Both the position numbers and the translations under genes were made by a program. A stretch of 53,335 nt of DNA, filler included, from Diploschistes diacapsis (Eukaryota): the NCBI GenBank assembly GCA_023645945.1. It is 3 parts of 3 records of this genome, joined end to end, with 100 filler letters (N's around TTAATTAATTAA, not from the genome) between each part and the next. Parts side by side here need not be neighbours in the genome. Positions count along the whole stretch, not along the records: positions 1 to 17,722 come from JALAIB010000440.1; positions 17,823 to 35,532 come from JALAIB010000441.1; 1 more part is not named here. One strand, written 5' to 3'. Positions 12,642 through 24,603 of the stretch are shown piece by piece (position 1 is the stretch's first letter; each line of letters opens with the position of its first letter). Below the pieces are notes generated by a model, which saw only the letters and a list, made by a program, of their open reading frames with translations, had not been told where the DNA came from and did no database searches.

Positions 12642-13837
12642 ATGCCATTCAATACAGAGCTTACGAGGCAGCTCGGCATCAAAGGTAAACCCGTCCCTGC
12701 AGCTTCGAAGCCCTTCAGATTGATTGACGGATATAGTTCCTGTCGTACAGGGTGGGATGCAATGGGTTCGTTTTCTGTTAACCTTGGCCGGGCTCCTTAG
12801 TTAATTATCTTAGGTCGGCTACGCTGAGCTCGCATCCGCCGTATCTAATGCTGGTGGTCTTGGGATCGTGAGTTCCTTATTTGCATCTCATTCCGAGGAA
12901 GTTGGGGCTAAGATTTTTTCCAGCTCACATCCCTGACACAACCCACGCCAGCTGCTCTCCGGGAAGAGATTCGCAGATGCCGACGCATGACTTCCAATCC
13001 TTTCGGCGTCAACATTACTCTTCTGCCGGCCATTGTTCCTCCAGACTACCACGGTTACGCCCAAGCCATCATCGAAGAAGGCATCAAGATTGTAGAAACA
13101 GCCGGCAACAGCCCCGGGCCCGTCATCAAGCAGTTGAAAGAAGCGGGCTGTACCATCCTGCACAAATGCACCACCATTCGCCATGCTCAGAGTGCGATCA
13201 AGCTCGGTGTCGATTTCCTGAGTATTGATGGTTTTGAGTGTGCAGGACATGTTGGCGAAAGCGACATCACGAACTTCATACTCCTAAGCCGGGCCAGGCA
13301 GTCTCTGGGCGTTCCATTCATTGCCTCTGGTGGCTTTGCGGACGGCCAGGGGCTAGCCGCTGCCCTGAGCTTGGGAGCTGAAGGAATCAACATGGGAACA
13401 AGGTTCATGTGCACGGTCGAAGCCCCTATACACCAGAACATCAAGGATGAGATCGTGAAGGCAAGCGAGACAGACACGGAACTGGTGCTGAGAAGATGGA
13501 GAAACACAAGCAGACTGTATGGGAACAAGGTTGCTAAGGAGGCTGTAAAGGTTGAGAGAGAGAGCAAAGAAGGCAAGTTTGAGGAAGTGCAGCCCCTTGT
13601 TAGTGGCAAGCGCGGCCGCGAGGTGTTTCTCACAGGTGATGTGGATTACGGCGTTTGGACGGCAGGCCAAGTTATCGGGCTGATACATGGTAAGTAACCA
13701 AGCGTTTTGGGACGGGCAGTGCTGATGATGGTGCAGACATACCCACTTGCGATGAGTTGGTCAGCAGAATCGAACGTGAGGCCGAAGAGTCACTGCAGAA
13801 GGTCTCTTCCTTAATCACGCCGAAGAGCAAGCTATGA
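12642..13837 (+). CDS. Nitronate monooxygenase / 2-nitropropane dioxygenase (FMN TIM-barrel) family protein with C-terminal PTS1
   Basis: Spliced product [41 protein letters not shown]...SIDGFECAGH...IASGGFADGQGLAAALSLGAEGINMGTRF...AGQVIGLIH-DIPTC...PKSKL*. Confidence 0.9.
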
Positions 13838-16800
13838 GAGTATTGCTACTGCATACGAGTAACTCGACGTCCAACAACGCGCTCGGTCCTTCCCTGAGAT
13901 AGTTTAGCACGTATCTACGAAACTTGCGTAAAGCTATGTGTCGATGCAGAGATCTGGTGCTTCGGGAGTAGTTCGGAAGGACGTCGGAAGGATCTGCTCT
14001 CAGTCACGTTATTTCCAGCAGCCTCAGGCAAATACCCATCGCGCCTCGAGAAATTATCGCACACGTGCGAAATCGAAAAACGAGAGAATGGGCGATTAGT
14101 GTCAAGGAGTGCTCATGGAAGGGGGTTCCAATTACGAAAGGGACTGCACGACGTCGTATATTCATCCTCTAGTGTGCAATTCTTCCCGAACCATGGAGCT
14201 AATAATTCGGACTCCTGAGGTCGTTTGTTTCAGAGTCTCATGTTGATCAAGCGACGACTGGGTCGTCTAGCGCGTCAACCGCTACCACTTCAGCTAACCT
14301 GCAGTATACCCGACAAGCTAACCCTGATTTACCTCTTGAATCAAGCCTGCAGATGATATGAATTTATAGGGATTATGAGCGGACCTTTCGGTATATTTCC
14401 GAAAGTGATATCATGGGCTCAATCTGGCTAACCTGCTACGTATTGGACGGGATAGAATAATCAGACCTGCAGTCAACATTCGCACTCGGTCTCGGTCGTT
14501 GGCACATTAAACCAACGGACGGCCAGCATGAAGCAGGCCGCACCGCAATAATACGGCTCGTTTGCCTCGTCGGCTTGGCAACCAGTCAACTAAGCCTACT
14601 TATACGGCTCAAGTCTACGAGATGCGATGCGAAAAGCGAAATGTCTTGTTGGCCGAAGAATGAGTGTTTAGTTGTGCCACTTTACCCCTCTATATGATTG
14701 TGGCGGAGCATTGACCAATATCAGAACTTATATGCTGTGCCTGTGAGCAGGGACATACTACGTTTCCTCAGAACCATTCCAATATGGCGAGAATACAAAA
14801 GGATGCTCGTCTCCTCACCAAGTGCATTCACCAAATCCTGGGCTCAAGACATCGACTACCAAGACCTCAGCCTCGTTCACTGCTATTTCTATCCTAAGGC
14901 CTCGACCAGGACAACATGATTAGTCTAAAGGAGCTTCAAGCCAGTGTGTCTAACTGGCACGGTCTTGATCCCTCGAAGTAAGTCTCACCTCCGCTTGTCC
15001 ATTCGCGGAGGCTTGGAGCTACCAGTCACTCTTTCATTCCCACTACCAAGCCCTTGCCTAAAACATCTCTTGTCGTTCCTTCGAGCGCCTTTGGATGCTA
15101 GTCGCTGACCATACCCAGGTTTGGAGCCCTCAAGCTCTCGGGGCGCTTTGCTACCTCCCGGGATGCTCGGAGCTGGCAGAACAATGCTGATTGCTTCCTG
15201 TTTGAGAAAGTGATGGTCATCACGGTGGAGAAGGAGCCCGCGAAGCGAGCTCTGAGGGGTAGTGTGCTGCTCAAGGACCTGAAGGACGTGAAGAGCCTGG
15301 GTGGTATGTCTTGGTCACGTTCTCGAACAGTTGGAAGTGCTTCGTTTCGGCCTCGTCGTGCGGCATGTGTTCCAAGGCCAGACCGAACATTGCTGACCGC
15401 ATCTTCCCTTTACAGATCCGGCCGAAGCTCTGGAGATGCAACTTGCATCTTCCGACCTTCCGGTGTTGAAGCTTCGATGCAACGACCAGTCCCAGCTTAA
15501 TGTTTGGAAGGGAGAGCTGAGCGGTATGGCCAGGGCCTCCAAGTAGCATGGACCGCGCATTTGATCGAGAGTGCATGGACGGAGCGAGGAGTCGTTCAGC
15601 AGTGACCGCATGTTGAGAGCAGGGGAGGCTTGTCTTGTATTCTCCTGGGCTAGTGACTCTGGCGACGACGGCAGTGGTATCGCTCCTTTTTTGTTTAGCG
15701 GTTTGTTGGGGGTAAACTACGGGACTTTGCCCTGAATGCCATGGGTTTCCAACTTGCTGCACCAGCATCCCAGCGTTGATTTTGGTTTTTATCACATCGG
15801 TAGCAATACACATTCTCACCGTTCCAGCCCATTTCATCCATTTCTCTTCACTATCAACACTGTTGTTTTCTGTGAAGTATCTTCACCACGAAAGAGCATC
15901 AGGCTGAAAATCGGTTGCTGGCGAGGCAGTCATGGCCGAGGGAACGATACTTCCTCTAGCCAGAAACGGATCCTTGCACCTATCGACACCCATCACACTT
16001 CGGAGCATGCAGCCGTCGGGAAAAACGAAAAAATGCTCAAGAATTACTCTGGGAAACGGTCACCCTTCTTTTGTCGCTAACCATCTCCAGAATCGCATGC
16101 CTTGTTTCTGATTCCGTAGTGGACAAAGGAACTTGGAACGGGTCCCGAGCAGAAACAAAAGCCGGGACACCAATAATCGACCTTTGCAGCAACAGCAATC
16201 GACATGTACCTACTACCTACGTATATCCCCGCTCCCCAGCCCTATCTTCCTCATACCCGTATCCATCCGTCCTTTGCGGGACCGGCCGCTACGCGGGGGT
16301 CAGAAGGGGTGGAGGTGGAGAAGAGGGATGGGTTCTGGACCGGGGGGGAGTCCGCAGCGCTGCGTTATGTGAATGGGAAGGAGTTGATGTAAGGGATTGG
16401 GTAAGACGGGATTGAATGGGAGCTAGGTGGGAGTAGGTGGCGGGTGGAATTGGCGATGCTGTATCTGGGTTAGCTGGTGTCTGGTTATGTGATCTGTGAC
16501 GTTGGGTTTTGGTAGTGGTGTTTTGTAAAGGTGTTCTTGGTGAGAGGCCGGCCTGATACGGCTATGGGAGGGAGCATGGGTGTTTGACCGATCACGGTCA
16601 CGTGTAGCAGCACGTAAGAGTTTCTCTCTTGCGATGTTCACGATCTGTAGGAATGAAATATGGCTGGCTGCCCACTGACTGCGTCGGTCACGGCTTTCTG
16701 GATCTTCGGCGGTTGGGAACTTGGGATGTTGGATCTCATCTCCGCTGCAGGTTGGCAACGGACCACTGCATGGAGTAAGTATCCTCCGCCAGCTGCCTGT

Positions 16801-17274
16801 CTCCAGGCCCCAACTCATTTCACCTGTGCGACTCTCTCTAAAGAAGCTATTATGTGTAGCTGAACTACCGTTACTGAATCATCCGCCATGAGTCTTTTTC
16901 AGCCCAGGCTACAAGCCGCGTCCCTGATCATCCATCAAGGGAGTCGAAAGGTGCCGTATGCTACGCTGAATCTGAATCAGGTCAGGTCGAAAACGCTGAA
17001 AGGCTGGTGGCTGTCCTGTAGGTAGGTCGAGCGAGGGCAGGGGCAGGTTCAGCCGCTGTCTTCTTTGTGTTTCCAGCTCTCCTTCAATCCAGTATAACCT
17101 ACCTCTAGTACATACAGCAACCTGCAAGCGAGGCCTTCTTCCTTTCAAACCCTCTTCGGTCGTGCCTGCCTGCCGTTTACAATTCCTGAAAGACATATAT
17201 ATATATATAACCCCACAAGCCCTCACATCGAGACACATACTTCTCCTAAGAAAAAACCTTGATCTTCTCTCACG

Positions 17275-18169
17275 ATGTTGGCTCTCGTCGTTACCGCTTT
17301 CCCACTGCTGGCCACCGGCCTTTTGGCTGCCATCGCCAACGCTCAGGTCTACTATCCCGATCAGATCATCGAGCTTGGTCAGGATACTGTCAGTCCCTTG
17401 GGCTTGACCGAGAACCCGAACATCCAGAACAAATCTGTAAGTAGAGAATGGGCGGCCGTACTGGGAGCCATGTACTCTCCCGTTAGGACACTAATAGTCA
17501 CAAATCCGTTCCTCCCTCACTGAACTTTTCCTCGATGTCTGTCCGGACCATCTCCATCCTCCATGCGTACATACGTACATACGCCATGCAGGTGTACACC
17601 CAGCCTTTCAAGCCCCTCCTTCATCCTCTGCCTCCTTTCCTAATACCCTTCCCTTTCCCAAGCAACACTAACAACCCACCACAGTCCCTCAACGCCATCG
17701 AAGCCACCTTCTCCCTCCCCACNNNNNNNNNNNNNNNNNNNNNNNNNNNNNNNNNNNNNNNNNNNNTTAATTAATTAANNNNNNNNNNNNNNNNNNNNNN
17801 NNNNNNNNNNNNNNNNNNNNNNGTGGCACTTTCTGGAGGGTGTTTGAGAGGGTGGTTGGGTGCACGCTGGAAGGGAAAAGGGTATGCGAGCGCGTGGCCG
17901 AGCCAGGGTGCATTGTCGTAGGGCGGGGGGGAAAAGAACAGGATGAGGTGTCGTGGGAGCGCAGCTGTTCGGGGAAGGGCAAGAGCAATTGGTGGCGCTG
18001 GAAGGGGTTGATGGATGTGCAGAAGATGTCGGATGTCGTGGACTGGGGCCCAGGTGGATGTGGATATATCGGGCAAGGGGGACGCCCGGATTGGGGGCTT
18101 CGCCGAGGATGTTTTCTGGGCACGCCAAAAGGACGGGTCGCTTTTCCGGTGTTCGTGTTCGTGGCCTGA
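17275..18169 (+). CDS. Putative secreted Cys/Trp/Gly-rich protein of unknown function, interrupted by an assembly gap
   Basis: Signal-peptide-like MLALVVTAFPLLATGLLAAIANA-Q; intron 17437-17684 (GTAAGT...CTAAC...CAG). An open same-strand frame after the gap (GTFWRVFERVVGC...VAFPVFVFVA*) has six Cys. The join across the gap is assumed. Confidence 0.55.
17723..17822. other. Assembly spacer (N44-TTAATTAATTAA-N44)
   Basis: Exactly 100 nt with a six-frame stop linker; identical to the spacer at 35533-35632. Confidence 0.97.
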
Positions 18170-18631
18170 CCGGCGTTCTGCAAAGCGAGATCACGGGCGT
18201 GGATGCCATCATCGCCAAACCTGTCATGCGCTTTGATATTTGAAACACGATGCTGGGCTTCTTTCTAGCAGCTTTTCGAGACGACAAAAGCCATGTATGT
18301 GTGCTGCGACAGCAGGGCGAAACTCACGAAGAGCTCGAAGCCGCGCTTGAAGAGAGGTTCCCAGGTATGGTTTATGAGCATTTGCATGTGGACAACGTCA
18401 CAATCACAGACAAAAAACATGCGAAGGCGAGTCAATGAGATCGATGGAACGGCTAGAAAAGCTAGGGTGGCTAGGCCGAGAGCTCGCCAACCGGATCTGT
18501 CCGTTGATATATGTGGAGAGAAGCAACAGCAGAGACTATCAAGGTCAACTGGAGGAGAATTTCCGGCGATTCAGTATGCCTGCTCAGAGTACGCTAGTGG
18601 TTCCAGAGCAAAGAAACTCCAAGCAAAGTAA

Positions 18632-19264
18632 TTAGGCCTCTTCTCGGAACTTCATAAAGTCTACCGACGCGTCGAACCGCCTAGCAAACTCTTCCACGGT
18701 GCTCCCATATACCAAAGGGAAGACTCGGCCCCAGCTCTTGCACGTTTGTGTGCCTTGGTAGGTTGTCGCCAGCAGCTTTGCGAAATGATACTCCGAATAC
18801 TGAGCACCGGGCCGGCGGTCGAGTTCGCAGATAGCCTAGCTCACCCGTGAGCCTTAACCCCTATCTCTGGGTACAATAGCAGACTTACCACACGCAGGTT
18901 GCGCAGCTTTGACCAAAACTCCCGAGGCACGCGAGCCTTCTCTAAATCGGCGTCCGTGAGCTTTCTAGCAAACTCGCTCAAGAATGCACCTGACACGTCC
19001 CGCGCAAGTTCTGGGTTCCTCGTGGTCAATGCAACCCACCTCGCGAGCCGTACAAGGGTGTTGGCGCCGCTGATGATCAGGTTCTCTTTGTCGATAGACG
19101 AAGCGTCCCGTTGAGCCGGTACTTGGGTGAGCTAAGCGGGGGTTAGTAGTGATGTATTATGATATTCGTCCTCTTACGTCGATAAAATAGTTTTCATTTT
19201 TAGGCTGTGCGACGAATGGCGAAAGGAACGAATCTTCGTATTTGGTCGTGCTGTTAGTTGCCAT
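18632..19264 (-). CDS. Hypothetical protein (~175 aa, 3 exons)
   Basis: ATG at 19264. Introns 19132-19177 (GTAAGA...CTAAC...TAG) and ~18836-18888 (GTAAGT...TAG) splice into one open frame MATNSTTKYEDSFLSPF...FMKFREEA*. No family recognised. Confidence 0.6.
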
Positions 19265-19660
19265 GTTGAGGTCTTGATAGGATTGATGCAGCGATGGATA
19301 GCTAAGAGTTGAATGCGACAGAAGAGTACCGAGCTACTTGAGGAGCTGGATGCGCTTTATCTTCATCGACGGTGGTGAAGTCCGGTTTGCAATGTCCACG
19401 GGCCACTCTTGCTGCAGAATCTTCAAAACGGTTGCTGGGAGTCTTCCTAACTGCCATACTGGTTACTACAGGTGATTGAGCTTTCGCGTGGCACTGTAGA
19501 AGTCTCCAAGCAACTTCCCTGGCCACCAAAAAATGCGATGTATTCTTTCCGGGCTCGACATGTCTCGTATGACTCGTCAAATCAATTTGCGAGGTATCAG
19601 CCCTTCAGGAAAAGGGACGTATAAAGAGCCATTTTCGAAGCAATATCTATTATAATACTC

Positions 19661-21041
19661 TCAGTACCAAAGTTTGATCAGCTCCTCGCTGACAGCGCTC
19701 GGGGTCAATACGCCGGCTTCGGCTACCAGGGCGGAGATCAAATCTGGCGGAGTATAATCCACCGTATCCATCCTTTGCGAAGTCGTTATGTGCTGTGCTG
19801 AGTCTTCTTCGTGGTGGCCGAAGTAGTCCTCGATGTCTTTCACTGACGGAATCTTGCCTGTTGAGGGGAACCATTCAGCATCGTTCTCACTGGCCACTCC
19901 GGATGATCCAGGTCGGCTGTCAGACCGCTCCGCCTTTGGTGTCATTAGGCCTGTTTCGGCCGCGCCTGCGGCTCGCTTTTCGGAAGGTGAGCCACTTTTC
20001 TGTGTTGTCGTAAAGTCAAGCACGTTCTGCTCGACCCCCAGATCGTACTGCCCAAGTGGAAACATGCGTACAAACTTGTGGCTTTCTGCAACCACATAGA
20101 GTGGCTTGGCTGCTGCTTTCGCAAGCACCGCCATCTGATACGTCCCCATGCGGCTGATGATACCGCCGTTCTCTACTACCCCTTCCGCACCCACCAGAGC
20201 CATGGAGACCGTGCCCATAGAGTAGGCAACTGCCGCTTCGGGAATTGTTGCTACAGGAACATGTAACTCGCGTAATGCAGCAATAGTCGCTGTTCCCTCA
20301 CTTTGGCCTTGGTCCTGATTTTCGGTTGCATATGGTGAACCAACAACGTAGATCACCCTGAATCTCGGTGCACCTGTCTCCTTCGTCTGCGCCTCTGCCG
20401 CTGCTTTCAGAACTTCCCTCACAACTCTGCTGCCTCCGTTCGTCAAAACCGTACTTCCTTCCCTCACAAACTTCCGTGCCGTACCCGCAATAGCTCTTCT
20501 TGCCTCCCTCGCTCTGGACACAAACAGGCGCCCGTTACTCAGTAAATGAGCGCGAATGGCCTCAAAGTCGCCAGCTGCGCTGGCTGGGCCTCCGCGTTGG
20601 AGAGTGGTGATAATATAGCGCTGAAATAGGTCGGTACCTGCGGATAGAGATATGGAATTGGGAATTGTGCGCTTCAGGGTCGCAGCGCCTGTATTGAGGA
20701 CGTCTAGCGTTTCCGATATGGTTGACAGCGAAGGTGTCTGCGACAGTAGCAAGACTAGAGACTCAATGGCAGCGACGGGCATGGTAAGTTCGGGATCGGT
20801 TTGCAGGAGGGAAAGATATGTCGATATGATGCTGGTGTCGCTTCGTTAGTGCAATTGTAATTTTAACTCTGAATTGCGGCCTGGATTGGTAGATGAAGAC
20901 GTACTCAAATGGCTCCTTCCCATCTTGGTGAGGCACGTTGCCTACTGTATACATGCGTGCCATTGCGGGAGGTCGGCCAGGTATTGGGGGAGGAGTTGTC
21001 GAGGCCTCCGGTGACTTAGGAGATGAAGAGGTCGAAGTCAT
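19661..21041 (-). CDS. GCN3: Translation initiation factor eIF2B alpha subunit
   Basis: Intron 20832-20904 joins KEPFD to IISTYL...DPELTMPVAAIESL; motifs SISLSAGTDLFQRY, VGAEGVVENGGIISRMGTYQ, VAESHKFVR, VDYTPP, LTPSAVSEELIK. Confidence 0.93.
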
Positions 21042-21435
21042 GGTTGCAAAATGGCCTGAGTCAGACTAATAGTGGGTCACGCTAGGGGGGGGGAGTGTTT
21101 AAGGTTTTGGAGGATTGAAAATAAGTCTTAGAGGATTGTTCCATGTAAAGACTTATATCCAACCTCAAGGTTCGGGCATAGCTGTCACGGAATAAACCGA
21201 GTTGCTGGGGGTAGTCGAAGAGTGACTTCTACACGTAATTGGACTCAAAGAAGGTAACAACAGAGAGAGAGCTCCGTTTCGTAGCTCTGTGCTTTGACGT
21301 AATCATCTTGGACTTGGATTCGCTTGCTTTGGCCGCCAGAGACCTCCGGCATCACAGACATGTTAGACAGATGGGGCCAGATGCGAGTTACCCCTCGGAT
21401 CCAAAATTTCCTATTTCCCTAGCTCATTGATTACT

Positions 21436-23093
21436 CTATGGAAAAAGCTTGAATCCACCTGGCACCGCCTTCTGGAAAAGTCCTCGCGGATCGTACTTCC
21501 TGCTCACACCCTGCAACTGCGCTTTACTCGCGCCGCCGTAACCGCCAATAGGATCCTCCTCTTTGCTCGCGTAATTCAAGTAGATAAAGTTACTGCTCAA
21601 GCCCTGCTGCTGTGATGCCTTCTTGATCGCCGAGATCACGCTCCTCGTGGCATTGAGCACCCTCGTATCGTCCGCGCTGTTGGTCCATTGGGTTGTCAAA
21701 TCTAGGAGAACAAGCGGGCCGGAAGAGGCGGTGAGGCCCATGGCGTTCCCGCCGGCAGCTGTGGAGGCAGCAAATTGAGACGCCGAGAGGGGCTGCAGCG
21801 CGAGAGAGTAGAGAAAGTTGGCCACCGGGCTGGAGCCGCTGACGAGGGAAGTGGTCGAAGAGTTCCAGATAGCGACAACCTCGGAGAGGAAGGGGGAGGA
21901 GGGGTGGAAGCAGATGGAGATGATGTCTTGCCTGCGTTGGTTGTTAATTTTTGAGGGAGCATATGGCAGTCCTCATGTTCACTCACCTCAAACCATCCGG
22001 CGTGTTCTCGCCCAGTTCGTTGGTAAAATCAGACAGGGTGTCGACTCTGAGGGTATCGAATTCCTGGGGAATGGAAACGAACTCGCTGTAAACGGGAGGG
22101 TTTTGCACCGCGCCGAGGTAGGACTCGTCCACAAAGGCATAGTATCCGGCTTGAGCAGCATAGCCGATGCTGAGGATAACGTTCGCCTTCGCGTCTGCGG
22201 CAGCCGTTGTGAAGTTCGTGAAGGCACTGATCAGGGGTTGAACTTCAGACTGCGCGTAGTAGATCCCCCCTCCCCAGTACGGTCCAAGCTGGAAAGTCTC
22301 CATGTCGACACGGGTTACGACCCCGAAATTATTTCCTCCACCTTTCAGAGCCTTGAAGAGGTCGGAGTTGGAAGAGGCGTTGGCGTCAACGATCTTTCCC
22401 GAGGCGAGGACAATCTCGAAGTTCTTCACGTTGTCGCAAGCCCAGCCTCTCGAAGGCGAGAAGTAAGAGATACCGCCTATGATCGTCCCGTCAGCGGCCG
22501 ACAGAAGGGCACAAAGCCTGAGACCAACCTCCAGTCAAAAAGCCCCCCACGCCAATACCCGAAACTCGACCTCCGGTCACGGCAAGGTTCATCGGATCAA
22601 GGGTTTCTGAAACGTTGATCCATCGATTGCCAGTTCCGAGTGAGATGACGCTCCTGTCTGCGCTGAGGGAGATTTCGTCCAGGCCTGCCACATCGATGGT
22701 AACACCGTCGTGGATGTTGGCGATCCCAATAACCGTGTGATGACCTCCGGCCTTGATCGCGAATGGACAGAGAGGCCCAGCATAGTTGAGGACTGCAAGT
22801 GCCTCGACACCCTTTGAGACATCTTGGGCGCTCGTGGGTTTAAAGACACACGTCGGATCCAGTTGAGCCTCTTGTTGGGCAAAGTACGAGTCTGCCGACT
22901 CGACGTACGCGGCACTAGATGGGTAGGAGACTTTGCTCGAGCCGACGGCGGCTGAAAGGGCATGGCACTATTGATGAAGGTAAGCAATGCACACAACTTG
23001 GGGAGTGCTCTTGGGACATACACATGCGCTGATGTTTTGGAGAGTGGCAGTGATCAGTGGCAGAAATGCCAGCACAAACCAAAAGTTGGCCAT
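21436..23093 (-). CDS. Secreted FAD-linked oxidoreductase (VAO/berberine-bridge-enzyme-like)
   Basis: Signal peptide [16 protein letters not shown]; introns 22968-23021, 22477-22528, 21932-21986. Motifs FAIKAGGH (flavinylation His), [28 protein letters not shown] and C-terminal YLNYA...KYDPRGLF. Confidence 0.9.
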
Positions 23094-24603
23094 GGCTATG
23101 GCTACGGACAAGGAAAATGTGTATGTAGCCTTTGGGGAAGGAAAGAGTGCTAGGGACACCATCAGAGGAAGGATCTACTGCCGAGAGGGTGATGGTCCAT
23201 CTTATCATACCTATACTGCCCTTACCCTAACACGAAGCTTTGAAATCCTTCCCGCTACTAGTAGCCTACCCAGGTAACTGATGCCACCCTGGGCCCACTA
23301 GACTTCAAGTCGGAAACAGCTGGCCTAGGAAGCTTTGGCGATGGAGTATTGGAGGCGTTGGGCATCATACACATAGCATCCTTGCAAGCACGAGGCCAGC
23401 ACGTGGCAAGCGGCATGGACTTGTGAGATCGGGAGGCGGAGGAGGAGCAAGCGGTGAGGAATGAGGAGCAAAAGCAAGTATTAGCTCGTCTGTGGCCGAC
23501 AAAAGTATGCAGATACAACCTCGGTCAAGTGTCTCCTCTCAACACGTTTTGATTATGCAGTTGGGAGCTATTGTTAGCTATACAAGATTCAACGATACAC
23601 ACGAACCCCAAGACCCTCCGCGAGCGCGTTTCATCTTCTTCATTGTTCCAGGAACCCAGCATGTAGAATCAATCCCTTTCTCATTTGATAACAACCTGTT
23701 GGATTTTCATTGCATGTCAGTACACCACCATTTCAGCACGCATTTGGTGCACCTCGAGTACTCTTCGCTTCGAATATATTGCAGTGATGAGACAAAGGGA
23801 TGAAATCAGAAGCTTCAACAAAGACCTGAGGCTTGAGACATGTCCGGGAAGAGCGAGGAGATGAAGGCCCCCCGTTTTGATCTGCTATAGCCCTTGTCCC
23901 GAAGAGAGCCCCTTTCCGAACGGCAGCATGAGTGATAATAATCACTTGACTTCTCAGGAGCCCACAACAAAAGCCACTGGTGAATAGTATTACCCATGCC
24001 TCTTGGCTGCAGAAGCAGGTCAACGAAATGTGACTCTGTGACTTCAAGCCGTGGGTGGGCTGTGTGCTTCTTCTTCTAGCTATAATTATCCGACGAGGGT
24101 ACTACTAGGGACTCTCACTCCGTGTACGGAGGGTATCGCTAGCCTTCGCGTTTCTGTACCAGCCGTGGCCATACGGAGGCACAGCACTACATCTCATTAA
24201 GGTTGCTCACCACTTTTACCCCCCCGTAGAAGTGCGTACAATCATATCTTCATATGAATCCTAGATGGAGCGGGGAGCACTTGCAATGGTATTACCGGTT
24301 TGTGGCTCTCTTCCAGCGCGGCAACATGTTTACTGTCAGATGAGGCTGCAAAAGCCCCCAAAGAGCTGAATGCTACTTCAAACTCCAACCGTAAAAATAC
24401 TCCAAAGCCCTCCCGTCCGAGGGCATGAACCAAACAGTTTTGAAACAGAACCCGACTCATTCCATCCAAGGTCGACCGCAACAGCCGCAGTCCGTACGTC
24501 CCTCCGTGATCCCCCAAAGTGCATACAACAGTATCGCCGCCCCAGTGTCCATTCCAGACGCAAATGCCCCAAACCCAGCGTATACGTGGTGCTACTCGAA
24601 ACG

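Noticed and set aside
14290..14475. Repeated (GCTA)ACCTGC(AG) words and a short CTTTCGG/CCGAAAG hairpin as an ncRNA
   Set aside because: Too short and irregular; no tRNA, snRNA or snoRNA architecture could be supported.
17767..17778. TTAATTAATTAA palindrome (also 35577-35588) as a biological motif or transposon target site
   Set aside because: It is centred in N runs of identical length, so it is an assembly linker.
18250..18635. Plus-strand short ORFs with a possible GTATGG donor
   Set aside because: Splicing gives an early stop; no coherent gene model.
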